Shown here in pieces: positions 7,425-16,995 of a DNA stretch of 32,000 bases (position 1 is the stretch's first letter; every line of letters starts with the position of its first letter). Made by a program: the position numbers and the translations under genes. This stretch comes from Promethearchaeum syntrophicum (GTDB taxonomy: Archaea > Asgardarchaeota > Lokiarchaeia > Sigyniarchaeales > Promethearchaeaceae), in contig NZ_CP042905.2 of assembly GCF_008000775.2 (NCBI RefSeq), positions 540,001 through 572,000 on the forward strand. Reading direction: 5' to 3'. The notes under the pieces were generated by a model that was not told where the DNA came from, did not search any database, and worked only from the letters and a program-made list of their open reading frames with translations.

Positions 7425-9239
7425 ATGAAATATTATGAAAAATTTCCCGTTTCTGAGGACAGACCTTTCTACACGGGGAAATTCTGGCCCAAAGGTGTGC
7501 CTCATAAACTAGATTACGACATTTCTACAACTGTAGCCAAGATGTTTAACGATGCTGTTGACAAATATGGAGATGATCCTGCAATTTGGTTCTTGGAGAC
7601 ATGGGTAACGTACAAAGAATTAAAGGTTATGGTTGATTCATTAGCGACTTACCTCCAATCAATTGGTGTTAAGAAAGGAGATGTTGTAGCCGTCCATCTA
7701 GCAAATTGTATTCAATATGTAGTTTCATATTATGCGATTACATCAATCGGAGCAGTAGTTACTGGAATTAATCCAACATATAAACCATTGGAAGTTCTTC
7801 ACCAATGCAAGTTAACGGGCGCGAAAATAATTATTGTGCTTGATGCTTTATATTTCCATTACGTTGCTAAATTTAGAGATAAATGGGATTTTGATAAGAT
7901 TATATATACAAATTTAGTTGATTTAGCATCTGGAATGTCACCAGTAATCAAATTTATTGGAAAATTGATTAAAAAAATTCCTAAGGCAAAAGTGGAGCAT
8001 CCAAACGCAATAAGTTTGAAGGAAGTTTTAAAGACCAAACCGAATGTGCAACCTGTTACTATTGATGCGGAAGAAGACGCAGCCACTTTGATAATGACGG
8101 GTGGTACCACAGGAGTTCCGAAAGCTGCAGAGTTAACCCATATGAACGTTGTTTCAAATGCATATATGTGCGCAGATATTTTATTAAATCAAAAAGAGGA
8201 AGGCAGCACTGAACCTCCACTCGGGCATCGAACGGGTATGGTTGGTTGTTTACCATTGTACCATAGTTTTGCAATGACTACCGTTTTAAATACAGCTGTA
8301 GCAGTTGGAGGATGGCAAATGTTATTCCCAAAACCACCACCCACTGAAGAATTGTTGGAAGAAATCCATAAATTACCTGATTATAATGGATATATCTATT
8401 GTGCAGCAGAAATCCTTTTCCAGCGTATTTCTGAATTGGACCAAGCTATTATTGATAAATTCCCCCTTAAAGGTCATCTGAAATTGTGTATTTCCGGTGC
8501 GGGACCCCTTCATGAATACGTCAGAATTCCTTATGAAGAGAAGACGGGGGCAAAAATTACAGAAGGGTATGGGTTATCAGAATCTTCACCTGTAGTTTGC
8601 TGTAATAACTTCTATGGTTTACGCGAACCTGGATGGCTCGGTGTTCCAGCTCCAAGCACTGATTGGATGATATTTGACACTGAAGATTTCTCAAAGGGAC
8701 CAATTACAGCCTATGGAGAGGAAAATGGAACTGGAGAAATTTGTGTTGCAGGTCCACAAGTAATGAAGAGTTATTGGCAAAATCCCGAACGTACCGCAGC
8801 AACTATTAAAGAATGGGATGGACGAAAATGGCTTTTAACTGGGGATATTGGATTTATGGATGAAAACGGTCGAATTGCAATTCGGGACCGAAAAAAGCAA
8901 TTAATCAAAATGGCTGGGCATTCTGTATTTCCAAAAGAAGTAGAATCGTTGTTGGGGTCTCATGAGAAAGTTTTAGAAGCGGCAGTTGCAGGTATTCCTG
9001 ATGAGAAAACCGGTGAAGCAGTTAAAGCTTGGGTAGCACTTAAACCTGATGCGATAGGAACTATTACTGCTGATGAAATTAAAGCATGGGCTTTAGAAAA
9101 CATGACTCGATGGAAATGTCCAAAATATCTTGATATTATTGATGAGTTACCGAAGACAAACGTTGGAAAAGTTATGCGAAGAACACTTCAAGAAGCCGAT
9201 CCGATGTTTATTAAGGTGCATGGAGAACCCAAAGACTAA
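7425..9239 (+). CDS. Long/medium-chain acyl-CoA synthetase (AMP-forming, ANL superfamily)
   Basis: 604 aa with the core ANL motifs TGGTTGVPKAAELTH, GYGLSESSP, TGDIGFMDENGRIAIRDRKKQLIK and PKTNVGKVMRR. AGGAG lies 12 nt upstream of the ATG. Confidence 0.9.
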   Translation: MKYYEKFPVSEDRPFYTGKFWPKGVPHKLDYDISTTVAKMFNDAVDKYGDDPAIWFLETWVTYKELKVMVDSLATYLQSIGVKKGDVVAVHLANCIQYVVSYYAITSIGAVVTGINPTYKPLEVLHQCKLTGAKIIIVLDALYFHYVAKFRDKWDFDKIIYTNLVDLASGMSPVIKFIGKLIKKIPKAKVEHPNAISLKEVLKTKPNVQPVTIDAEEDAATLIMTGGTTGVPKAAELTHMNVVSNAYMCADILLNQKEEGSTEPPLGHRTGMVGCLPLYHSFAMTTVLNTAVAVGGWQMLFPKPPPTEELLEEIHKLPDYNGYIYCAAEILFQRISELDQAIIDKFPLKGHLKLCISGAGPLHEYVRIPYEEKTGAKITEGYGLSESSPVVCCNNFYGLREPGWLGVPAPSTDWMIFDTEDFSKGPITAYGEENGTGEICVAGPQVMKSYWQNPERTAATIKEWDGRKWLLTGDIGFMDENGRIAIRDRKKQLIKMAGHSVFPKEVESLLGSHEKVLEAAVAGIPDEKTGEAVKAWVALKPDAIGTITADEIKAWALENMTRWKCPKYLDIIDELPKTNVGKVMRRTLQEADPMFIKVHGEPKD

Positions 9240-9296
9240 ATAACAAATTTTTACCTTTTTTTAATTAATTTTTTTAATTTCCCTTTTATTTTAACG

Positions 9297-10553
9297 CTAA
9301 AAAAGGTAAGAAGGATTATTTTTAAAAAAAACATTCAAATCATGTGAATTAGGAATTGGCAAATCGCATATTTTACTATTAATGAAATATTCGAAATCAA
9401 ATTCAGTCATTTCTCCTGCTTTTCTATCCGTTATGGGCATCAAACGCGCTGTGAGAGGTTTTTTCAAACGTAAAGAAATCATACCCAAATCCATTAGAAG
9501 TAATTGGATTGCAGCAGGATCAAGATTACCTGGAATTGGGATACAATCTAATCCCAATCCACACATTGTTGAATAGAGCAAGAGTTTAGAAATGTCAATT
9601 TTGGTTTCATTATTTCTTCGTGCAATTGTGTAATCTTCAAGTAATGGTTGCATAAAACCCGAAAAACCAATTTTTGGCCGATCTATGGATTGTAAAGCTT
9701 CGGTGAGAAATCCGACTGAAAAAACAGTACCGGGTTCACCAAATTTAGATAATCCTAGTTGCTCAAGTGCGGTTCCGATACTTTTTTCTTTTGTTGGATA
9801 AGGTGCAGGGCTTAAATCTATTCCCTTGAATAAAAATTCATATTTTTTGCAAAAAGCCTCAGCGATGTCATTAATTTGATCGAATATTTTTGTAAATTTC
9901 AATTGGATTGCTTTCTTAACATTAGTTAAATTTGTAGTAGTTAATGGATTCTTCTTTAACACGGTTATTACTTCGTCGGCTGCCTCTAAGGCTATAGAAA
10001 TTGTTGGGGATTTACCGATGTGATATGCTGAAGGAAAAAAAGGTGTATTTGGAGGAACATTAAAAGTTACTGCAAATTTAACATTTTGGAAGGGATCTGG
10101 CTTTGAAAGTCTCTGAATTATTTTAGTAGATTCCTTAATCGCTTCAAAACTCAGTCCTCCATGATTTGATCCTGCTTGAATACTAGTAAACATATTGGGG
10201 TATTTATAAATTAAATCTGGGATATTTTTCATTATTTTACATTGCATTGGGGTCAAAGATTCTACTTGATCGCACAATCCGGGAGTATATGCATAAATTC
10301 CCAGAAGATTTTCTTTTGTAAATCCTTCAAGAATTGGTAATATTTCTTCTCTTCTTTCAAATATAGAAAAATTTGTAATATCAGTAGTTTTTGAGAAAGT
10401 TTGACTAGCAAATCGAATATACTCCACTTCAATACCGTGATTATTGAAATCATTTTTTAAAATTTGTAGTTTTTTAAGATTATTTCGCAAAGAAGTTAAT
10501 TTTGGGTCACTCTTGAATAAATTTTGACCGATAGTTATCGCTCGTATTTTCAT
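9297..10553 (-). CDS. UPF0210/DUF711 family protein
   Basis: 418 aa. The MKIRAITIG N-terminus, GIDLSPAPYP, and the C-terminal TMCGLGLDCIPIPG...LTARLMPI...GEMTEF blocks match the family pattern as I recall it from bacterial UPF0210 proteins. Confidence 0.8.
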   Translation of the reverse strand: MKIRAITIGQNLFKSDPKLTSLRNNLKKLQILKNDFNNHGIEVEYIRFASQTFSKTTDITNFSIFERREEILPILEGFTKENLLGIYAYTPGLCDQVESLTPMQCKIMKNIPDLIYKYPNMFTSIQAGSNHGGLSFEAIKESTKIIQRLSKPDPFQNVKFAVTFNVPPNTPFFPSAYHIGKSPTISIALEAADEVITVLKKNPLTTTNLTNVKKAIQLKFTKIFDQINDIAEAFCKKYEFLFKGIDLSPAPYPTKEKSIGTALEQLGLSKFGEPGTVFSVGFLTEALQSIDRPKIGFSGFMQPLLEDYTIARRNNETKIDISKLLLYSTMCGLGLDCIPIPGNLDPAAIQLLLMDLGMISLRLKKPLTARLMPITDRKAGEMTEFDFEYFINSKICDLPIPNSHDLNVFFKNNPSYLF

Positions 10554-10586
10554 ATAATTGCATTTAAGTAAATAACCTTAAAAATT

Positions 10587-11414
10587 TTATAATGTAGAAG
10601 AGAGTTCCCTTAAAATTGGAATTTCGAGAGAACAGTCAATACACTCTAGAACCCCTATTCTTACAAGGTAGTCTTGAATCAAAAGACACATTTCCGTATC
10701 GAATGAATAATAAAGAGCTTTATTAGTTTTATTTTGAGAGATGTAGGTTTGAAAAATTTGGTGGAACTTATCCAATCCTTTTTCAGATTCTTCATTTAAG
10801 TAATCTTGAACCATATCCGATTTAAATAACACTAAAAAGATGAGATCATATTTTGAAACTATGCTCATTTCAATCTCCAGACCTTTTATTGTAATTCGTT
10901 CGATTTTCCCAAGATTTTCTTCACCAAACATAGATAAGGCAGAAATGAATTGAGTAATTAAATCTAAGTTTAATCTTTTATCTAATTGTATGCTGTAAAG
11001 TAAATCTCCCCCTGATCGACAAATCCCAATCGCAAGAATATATTTCTTCAAATGACTTTCAACGAGATCATTTCGACACAATTTAGGTTCTCGGATAGTT
11101 TTTCCATCTTCGGTGCTCTTTCCATCAACTTCCAATAGATCTCTAAGAAATTTTGTTCTAATTCCATCAATTCCAAACATGTATTTGTAATAATATTCTC
11201 CAGATTCTGTAAGATGAAGTAAAGGTACATAAAATTTACACTTATGACTTGTGCAAAATTTATCTCGAAATTTTTTATCATTAAGTAGTTCTTGGGGAAT
11301 TTCTAAGGAGTTTACGGAAGTTTCTCTATAAGATATTCCATTTTCAAGAAACCAATCTTTCAATATATCGCATCGGCCACAATCTTGCTTAGTAATAATT
11401 ACAAAATCCTTCAT
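10587..11414 (-). CDS. Glutaredoxin/NrdH-like CxxC domain fused to a roadblock/LC7- or longin-like alpha/beta domain
   Basis: 275 aa. The N-terminus VIITKQDCGRCDILKDWFLENGISYRETSV fits a thioredoxin-fold CxxC. Residues ~125-225 (YILAIGICRSGGDLLYSI / LITQFISALSMFGEE / IERITIKGLEIEMSIVSKYDLIFLVLF / helix) give a beta-beta-alpha-beta-beta-beta-alpha pattern. GGTGA lies 6 nt upstream of the ATG. Confidence 0.7.
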   Translation of the reverse strand: MKDFVIITKQDCGRCDILKDWFLENGISYRETSVNSLEIPQELLNDKKFRDKFCTSHKCKFYVPLLHLTESGEYYYKYMFGIDGIRTKFLRDLLEVDGKSTEDGKTIREPKLCRNDLVESHLKKYILAIGICRSGGDLLYSIQLDKRLNLDLITQFISALSMFGEENLGKIERITIKGLEIEMSIVSKYDLIFLVLFKSDMVQDYLNEESEKGLDKFHQIFQTYISQNKTNKALYYSFDTEMCLLIQDYLVRIGVLECIDCSLEIPILRELSSTL

Positions 11415-11472
11415 AAAAATTCACCAATAGATAGAATTGGTAAAGAGTTTAAAAAAATTATGGCTAATTTTT

Positions 11473-11901
11473 CTAATTTTTCTCATAATATTCAAGAGAA
11501 ATCATTGTAGTAGAATCCTGGATACCTTTAATTTTGCGTAAATAATCCAAAATGAATTTATTAAGGTCATCGATAGATTTCACGCGAATCCGAATAACAA
11601 TATCAGTATTTCCGGTCATAATTGCTGCATTTTCGACTGAAGGATGTTCTAACAATTTTTGGACTATTTGTCGTTGATCGGTATTACTAGCTTTTATTAA
11701 AATAATCCCCTGGATATTCCCAAAAACACGATCTTTATCAATATTAATCGTATAGTTTTTAATGATTCCGTTATCTTTGAGCTTTTTTATTCTATTAAAA
11801 ATAGTTGTTGAAGGTAGATTCGTGTTTAGGGACAATTTGGCTACTGAAAGGCTTGCATCTTTTTTCAAAGCATCTATTATAATAAGATCTTTTTCATCCA
11901 T
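11473..11901 (-). CDS. Lrp/AsnC-family transcriptional regulator
   Basis: 142 aa. The N-terminal wHTH is D..II..L..DA..S...LS......STI..RIKKL...GII. The C-terminal RAM-domain pattern is IL.....Q.........P.V......TG..D...R. Confidence 0.9.
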   Translation of the reverse strand: MDEKDLIIIDALKKDASLSVAKLSLNTNLPSTTIFNRIKKLKDNGIIKNYTINIDKDRVFGNIQGIILIKASNTDQRQIVQKLLEHPSVENAAIMTGNTDIVIRIRVKSIDDLNKFILDYLRKIKGIQDSTTMISLEYYEKN

Positions 11902-12013
11902 ATATTCATTTCACTCATTTTTTGAGACATTGATATAGAAAATTTCTAACTCTATTTGGAATATTCATTCCATTATATTAATATCTATGCATAAAAATTG
12001 TATATATTGTCCG

Positions 12014-12032
12014 CTTTTTTGGAACAAAAAAG
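12014..12032. promoter_or_regulatory. Perfect palindrome CTTTTTTG-GAA-CAAAAAAG in the lrp / asnA-like divergent intergenic region (candidate operator)
   Basis: The 8-bp arms are exact reverse complements. It sits 30-48 nt upstream of the 12062 ATG, just downstream of a tatatatt TATA-like element. Confidence 0.3.
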
Positions 12033-12061
12033 ATTAAATTCTACATTTTGATATAATATTT

Positions 12062-12997
12062 ATGTTAGAATCCTTAATTCATTCGAATTCTCAAAATATA
12101 TTAACCTCTCATTCTATGTTAATACTCCAGATTCAAACAGAAGCTCTAAAAGCAATTCATGATTATCTGTATGAGCAAAATTTGATACAATTAATGCCTG
12201 TAATGTTATCACCCATTACCGATCCCTTAAGTCATGAAACATCTGATGCAAAAATCACCTATTTTGGGCAAGAATTGCAATTAACAAAAAGTATGATTTT
12301 CCATAAGCAATTAGCAATAGCATCCAGTAATACAAAAGGAATCTATATAATGTCTCCAAATATAAGATTGGAAAAATACGATAAAAGAGATTCTGGTAGA
12401 CATCTTATTGAATTTTCACAAGTAGATATTGAACTTCGCGAGGTTAACTCACTTAAATTTATGGAATTGATAGAAGGTTTAATAATTTCAGTTATAAATA
12501 GAGTTAAAGAGAAATGTAAAATTGGATTAGAAAACCTTGGAGTATCTCTGAGAATTCCTGCGCGACCTTTTAAAATATATTCAAGCGAAGAATTAAAGAA
12601 AAAGCTTGGGGAAAATTTTGAAAAAGAATCATCCTTGCGTGAAATCGATCCATTTTGGATTACAGATTATTATCGTGAATTTTATGATAAAGAGGATCCC
12701 AAACGACCCGGACATTATTTGAACTATGATTTAATATACCCAGAGGGATTTAATGAAGCCCTATCAGGGGGAGAGCGTGATTTTGAATACAAAATTCTAC
12801 TTCGAAAAATCAAAGAGCGACATCAGAATCCTGAAATATTTGAATTCTATTTAGATGAAGCAAAAGAAGGAAAATTAGTTGCTAGTGCAGGAGGTGGGTT
12901 AGGAATTGAACGGTTAGTTAGATTTCTAACGAAAATTCAGCATATCAGAGATGTCTCTCCATTTTCTAAAGTTCCAGGAGAGCATTACCAGATTTAA
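12062..12997 (+). CDS. asnA: Archaeal-type asparagine synthetase A / AsnRS-like class II aaRS catalytic core lacking an anticodon-binding domain
   Basis: 311 aa. Class II motifs are present: MSPNIRLE (motif 2 region), RHLIEFSQVDIE, GGERDFEY and SAGGGLGIERLVRFL (motif 3). There is no N-terminal OB-fold. Overall collinear with the Pyrococcus AsnRS-paralog asparagine synthetase as I recall it. Confidence 0.75.
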   Translation: MLESLIHSNSQNILTSHSMLILQIQTEALKAIHDYLYEQNLIQLMPVMLSPITDPLSHETSDAKITYFGQELQLTKSMIFHKQLAIASSNTKGIYIMSPNIRLEKYDKRDSGRHLIEFSQVDIELREVNSLKFMELIEGLIISVINRVKEKCKIGLENLGVSLRIPARPFKIYSSEELKKKLGENFEKESSLREIDPFWITDYYREFYDKEDPKRPGHYLNYDLIYPEGFNEALSGGERDFEYKILLRKIKERHQNPEIFEFYLDEAKEGKLVASAGGGLGIERLVRFLTKIQHIRDVSPFSKVPGEHYQI

Positions 12998-13035
12998 TGT
13001 AATTTTTTATTTATGTGAAATTAAGAAGAAACATA

Positions 13036-14088
13036 ATGCGAATAATCGATTTTAGATCTGATACTGTTACTAAACCATCACCTGAGATGTGGAATAAACT
13101 TAAGACTTTAGATAATTCTAATTTAGGTGATGATGTTGAAGGGGAAGATCCAACCGTCAATGAATTGGAACGAAAAGCTGCTAAACTAGTAGGAAAAGAA
13201 GCAGCTATCCTCGCTTCTTCTGGAACACAAGGAAATCTTATTTCTTTATTATCTCAGACTTCTCCAGGCGATGAGATATTGATCGAAGAACGTTCTCATA
13301 TATATAAATGGGAAGTTGGTGGGGCAGCACGACTAGGAGGTTTAATGGTAAGAACTTTTCCTTCAAATAAAGGTAGTTTTATTCCAAGTAAATTACAACC
13401 CTTAATTAGACACAAGGATATTCACGAACCTGTCACTTCTTTAATTTGTTTAGAGAATACTCATAATGATCATGGGGGAATTGCTCTACCTATTTCTCTT
13501 TTCAAAGAAACTGAATCATTCGCTAATAAAAATAACCTTAAGATCCATTTAGATGGAGCTCGGATATTTAATGCAGCTGTAGCTTTAAATCAACCGGTAA
13601 CCGAATTTACTAAATTTGTTGATAGCGTTCAATTTTGCTTGTCAAAAGGTTTATCTTGCCCAATAGGATCAATTCTTGCCGGATCCTCAGAAATGATCAA
13701 TAAAGCTAGAAAATTTAGAAAAATGGTAGGAGGAGGCATGCGACAAGCGGGAATAATTGCTGCGATGCCTCTTGTAGCATTAGAATCTAAATGGATAGCT
13801 AGATTGGCTGAAGATCAAAAAAATGCTTTTAGATTATACGAAGGTTTGTTAGATTCTGGTCTCAAAATAAATGTTCAAAAACCTGATACAAATATATTGA
13901 TGGTGGGATTCCCAGAAAATGCTCCAATGTCAAAAATAATAGAGTTATTAAATAATGATGGGATTAAAACACATGATACCGACCAAAGAATACGTTTTGT
14001 GACACATTATGGGTTAAACGAAGATGATGTTGATTATAGTATTGAAATAATTCTAAAAACATTTAAAAAATTCTTTGATTCGTTTTAA
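13036..14088 (+). CDS. ltaE: Low-specificity L-threonine aldolase (PLP-dependent)
   Basis: The N-terminus MRIIDFRSDTVTKPSPEMW...LGDDVEGEDPTVNELE...SGTQGNL is typical of LtaE. The track starts at GTG 13015, but ATG 13036 gives the canonical family N-terminus. The gene starts 17-38 nt after the asnA-like stop. Confidence 0.85.
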   Translation: MRIIDFRSDTVTKPSPEMWNKLKTLDNSNLGDDVEGEDPTVNELERKAAKLVGKEAAILASSGTQGNLISLLSQTSPGDEILIEERSHIYKWEVGGAARLGGLMVRTFPSNKGSFIPSKLQPLIRHKDIHEPVTSLICLENTHNDHGGIALPISLFKETESFANKNNLKIHLDGARIFNAAVALNQPVTEFTKFVDSVQFCLSKGLSCPIGSILAGSSEMINKARKFRKMVGGGMRQAGIIAAMPLVALESKWIARLAEDQKNAFRLYEGLLDSGLKINVQKPDTNILMVGFPENAPMSKIIELLNNDGIKTHDTDQRIRFVTHYGLNEDDVDYSIEIILKTFKKFFDSF

Positions 14089-14109
14089 ATACCTTTTTTT
14101 TTGTTTCAC

Positions 14110-14460
14110 CTAATTTAAACGGTTAAATTTATCTTTCTTTTTTCCTTTTTCCATCTCATTCAATTTTTTTTGTCTCTCTCTTTTAAGATAGATTAAATTT
14201 TCATAAATCCTTTTCCATTTATTTCTTTTAAAACTCGTAATATTAACTAATATAAACCCCACGGCTGCGCATGTTATTGAAACCCAAGTAATGTTTAAAA
14301 ATATAAACACTATACTTAAAATTCCTAAAATAATTGCGAGAATATAATAAAAACGGTAATTTTTCATTCGGTTTTTATGAAATGTTTGCATTTCTTCATC
14401 AGAAATATTAGCTAATTTCTCTGCTAAATCTCCCTTATTATATGGTCCGATTTTTGACAT
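14110..14460 (-). CDS. Small two-helix membrane protein with K/E-rich tail
   Basis: 116 aa. The ATG overlaps the stop of the upstream hydrolase gene (TAATG, 1-nt overlap at 14460). Two hydrophobic segments. No family recognised. Confidence 0.55.
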   Translation of the reverse strand: MSKIGPYNKGDLAEKLANISDEEMQTFHKNRMKNYRFYYILAIILGILSIVFIFLNITWVSITCAAVGFILVNITSFKRNKWKRIYENLIYLKRERQKKLNEMEKGKKKDKFNRLN

Positions 14461-16961
14461 TATTTTTCATCTCCTGGCACGAAATATTTCTGAATTTTAA
14501 ACGTAAAATTTTCCTTCTCTATTTGAAAAGAAAAACTCGATTCACAATTAGAAAGAATTGTAAATTCTTTAAATTCTTTATAATTTCTCACACTTTTCTC
14601 TTCAGAAATTTTTATTGTTCCCTTTTCTATTTCAATTTTTGAAGCGTTTTTTGACATCCAAATGCTTATTTTTCCAGTGAAATCATTAGGGAAAGATGGA
14701 TGTGCCAAAAACCGAATGGAAATTGTGTGTTCATCATTTTTATTAATAATTGCGTAGATCTCTCCAGTACAATAATGAATAATTACATCCTCAGAAATTT
14801 GTTTAAACGCATGCCATGTTGAAAAAGTATTAGGAGGTAAGGTAATTTCATTAATTACTAGATTTTTTGGAAATATTTGGCTCAATGGGTTATAAAAGGT
14901 AAAAGAAACGGATTTAATCGGTGCTGATTTAAGATTTCCTACTGTAATAAATCTTTCATCAATTGAAGTCGCATTTTGGATTGCTACACATTCATTTGTA
15001 GCTGAAATATTTTGTATTGGAAAATCTGCTTCTTCAAGTAATAAATTCAATAATTTAAGAGAAGAAATTTCTTTTTTTGGCATAATTCCACAGTGTATTA
15101 TTTTTCCTCCATTAACTTTACGAGAAAAAGCCAAAATATGTCTGGATTTACCTTTATGAGCCAAAATATGAACATCTTTTAATTTGGTTATTTCATATTC
15201 AAATATGTTTTCTATATCATTAAATAATTCAGTGCTTTCTTCAAATATTAAAGTACAACCTTCATAATCTTGAATTTCTTGTAAGCATTTAGCACCATAG
15301 AGATTAGATATTAAGTCATCAAATTCCAAATTTTCATTTAAAGATGGAATATCTCCAAAAGTTATAAGTGTACCTCCGTTTTCTACATATTTAAGTAATT
15401 TAATCATTATTTTATGCTCTAACCACCCTAAGAAATAAAGAATTAAAAATGGTTTTCTATCTAATTCTTCATTAGTAATATTCTGTAAGTCGATTACATC
15501 ATACTGTAGGAATGTTTTCGTAAATAATTGCATCAGATTCTTGTAACTATATTTTAAATGCTCATAATTTATCGGGAAAGAGAATGATTGAGAATTTATT
15601 GGAGGAGTAAAAGATTTTAAGCGGGTAACAGGATGGTAGTAAGCAAGAGTTAATGGATCATACACTTTTTTGCTTTCTATTAACGATTTTAGGTGGAGAT
15701 CTATGAATTGCTTGAAATTTTGTATTTCTCTAAATCGCTTAGATGATTGAAATTGAATTTGCTCTGGTAATTGAGGTTGGACAAACGACAAAGCTTTAAT
15801 TCCGTGAGCCAACGATAGTCTTAAGATATTTTGTGTATTTTTGCAAACAAATTTTTGGCCAAAAATGCATTCTTGAATTTTTGATATGAAGGTTGGTCCT
15901 GAAGATTGGCTTTTTAACCATTCCGAATGCCAATTAATATAACAATTGACATTTACTTGAGATTTAAATACAATCGGATAAAAATTCAGACTAATAGTGA
16001 AAGGATTTCGATTTTGCTTTAGTGAAATTGAATGTTTAAGTGAATTTACGGAAATTGGGCTTTTATATGACCATAAATTTAAAATTAAAGGGAGATTTAT
16101 ATTGAATTCATTGAAAAAATCAAATAGCTCCCCAATATATTGATTGAGGATGCTTTCTTTAAATTCTAACCATTCTATATAGGGAATAATCTCCTTAATT
16201 GGATGTTTTAGATTTAATGGAGGCGATGGAGGTAAAATATCTTCAAAATCTTTATAATCGGATAAATAGATCTCATTAAAAATCGGAATTAAGAGATATT
16301 TATTTTTCAACCATTTTCTATACAATTTTTGATTGAATTGAGAATATCCAAAACTAAAATACATTTCATCGAAATTATACAAAAGATCATCTTCGAATTG
16401 AATAAGAATGATGTTTCCTTTTGGATATTGGTAATTTTCGATTAGTGAAAAAATCTTTTTATACCAATTATGCACTTTCTCTAAATATTTTGGGTGTAAA
16501 ATTGATATTATTGGGGTTTTTTGATTATTTAGATCTTTTTGATTCTTCTCAGATGTTTTTTTACCTGGAAAAGGAGAATCTAGTATTTCATTATAATTCT
16601 CAAATAACCAAAGTGGATAGCCAGAATTTTGTATTGCTTGGGAGCTTCGAGGACCCGATTTGATATAAATAAGTATGTTATTTTTCGCGCACAGGTGAAA
16701 TAATTTCTTCAGATTACAATTTGAAGATTTAAAATCAAATTCTCCTTCTATTTTTTCATGAAAATTCCAAGGAATGTAAATAGTAATGGCATTAAATCCT
16801 ATTTTTTTAAGATTTTTTATTTCTTCATTCCATTTTTCCTGAGGAATTATGTAATAATGAAATTCACTAGAAAATAGAAATACCGGATTTTCACCAATAA
16901 GAATTGAATTCGAATTCAATTTTACTTCAAGGTTATCATCCATCAAAGCCATCTCATACAC
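14460..16961 (-). CDS. GH42/GH35-like glycoside hydrolase (beta-galactosidase-like TIM barrel plus GH42-type middle domain), divergent
   Basis: 833 aa. The N-terminal FHYYIIPQEKWNEEIKNLKKIGFNAITIYIPWNFHEKIEGEFDF...SGP...GYPLWL matches the GH35/42 barrel start. YRKWLKNKY and LLKYVENGGTLITFGD match GH42 linker and middle-domain patterns. The track start is GTG 16961; an alternative ATG is at 16952. Confidence 0.7.
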   Translation of the reverse strand: MYEMALMDDNLEVKLNSNSILIGENPVFLFSSEFHYYIIPQEKWNEEIKNLKKIGFNAITIYIPWNFHEKIEGEFDFKSSNCNLKKLFHLCAKNNILIYIKSGPRSSQAIQNSGYPLWLFENYNEILDSPFPGKKTSEKNQKDLNNQKTPIISILHPKYLEKVHNWYKKIFSLIENYQYPKGNIILIQFEDDLLYNFDEMYFSFGYSQFNQKLYRKWLKNKYLLIPIFNEIYLSDYKDFEDILPPSPPLNLKHPIKEIIPYIEWLEFKESILNQYIGELFDFFNEFNINLPLILNLWSYKSPISVNSLKHSISLKQNRNPFTISLNFYPIVFKSQVNVNCYINWHSEWLKSQSSGPTFISKIQECIFGQKFVCKNTQNILRLSLAHGIKALSFVQPQLPEQIQFQSSKRFREIQNFKQFIDLHLKSLIESKKVYDPLTLAYYHPVTRLKSFTPPINSQSFSFPINYEHLKYSYKNLMQLFTKTFLQYDVIDLQNITNEELDRKPFLILYFLGWLEHKIMIKLLKYVENGGTLITFGDIPSLNENLEFDDLISNLYGAKCLQEIQDYEGCTLIFEESTELFNDIENIFEYEITKLKDVHILAHKGKSRHILAFSRKVNGGKIIHCGIMPKKEISSLKLLNLLLEEADFPIQNISATNECVAIQNATSIDERFITVGNLKSAPIKSVSFTFYNPLSQIFPKNLVINEITLPPNTFSTWHAFKQISEDVIIHYCTGEIYAIINKNDEHTISIRFLAHPSFPNDFTGKISIWMSKNASKIEIEKGTIKISEEKSVRNYKEFKEFTILSNCESSFSFQIEKENFTFKIQKYFVPGDEK

Positions 16962-16995
16962 ACTTTTGGTTTTTTTCTATTTAAACCTATTCCAA

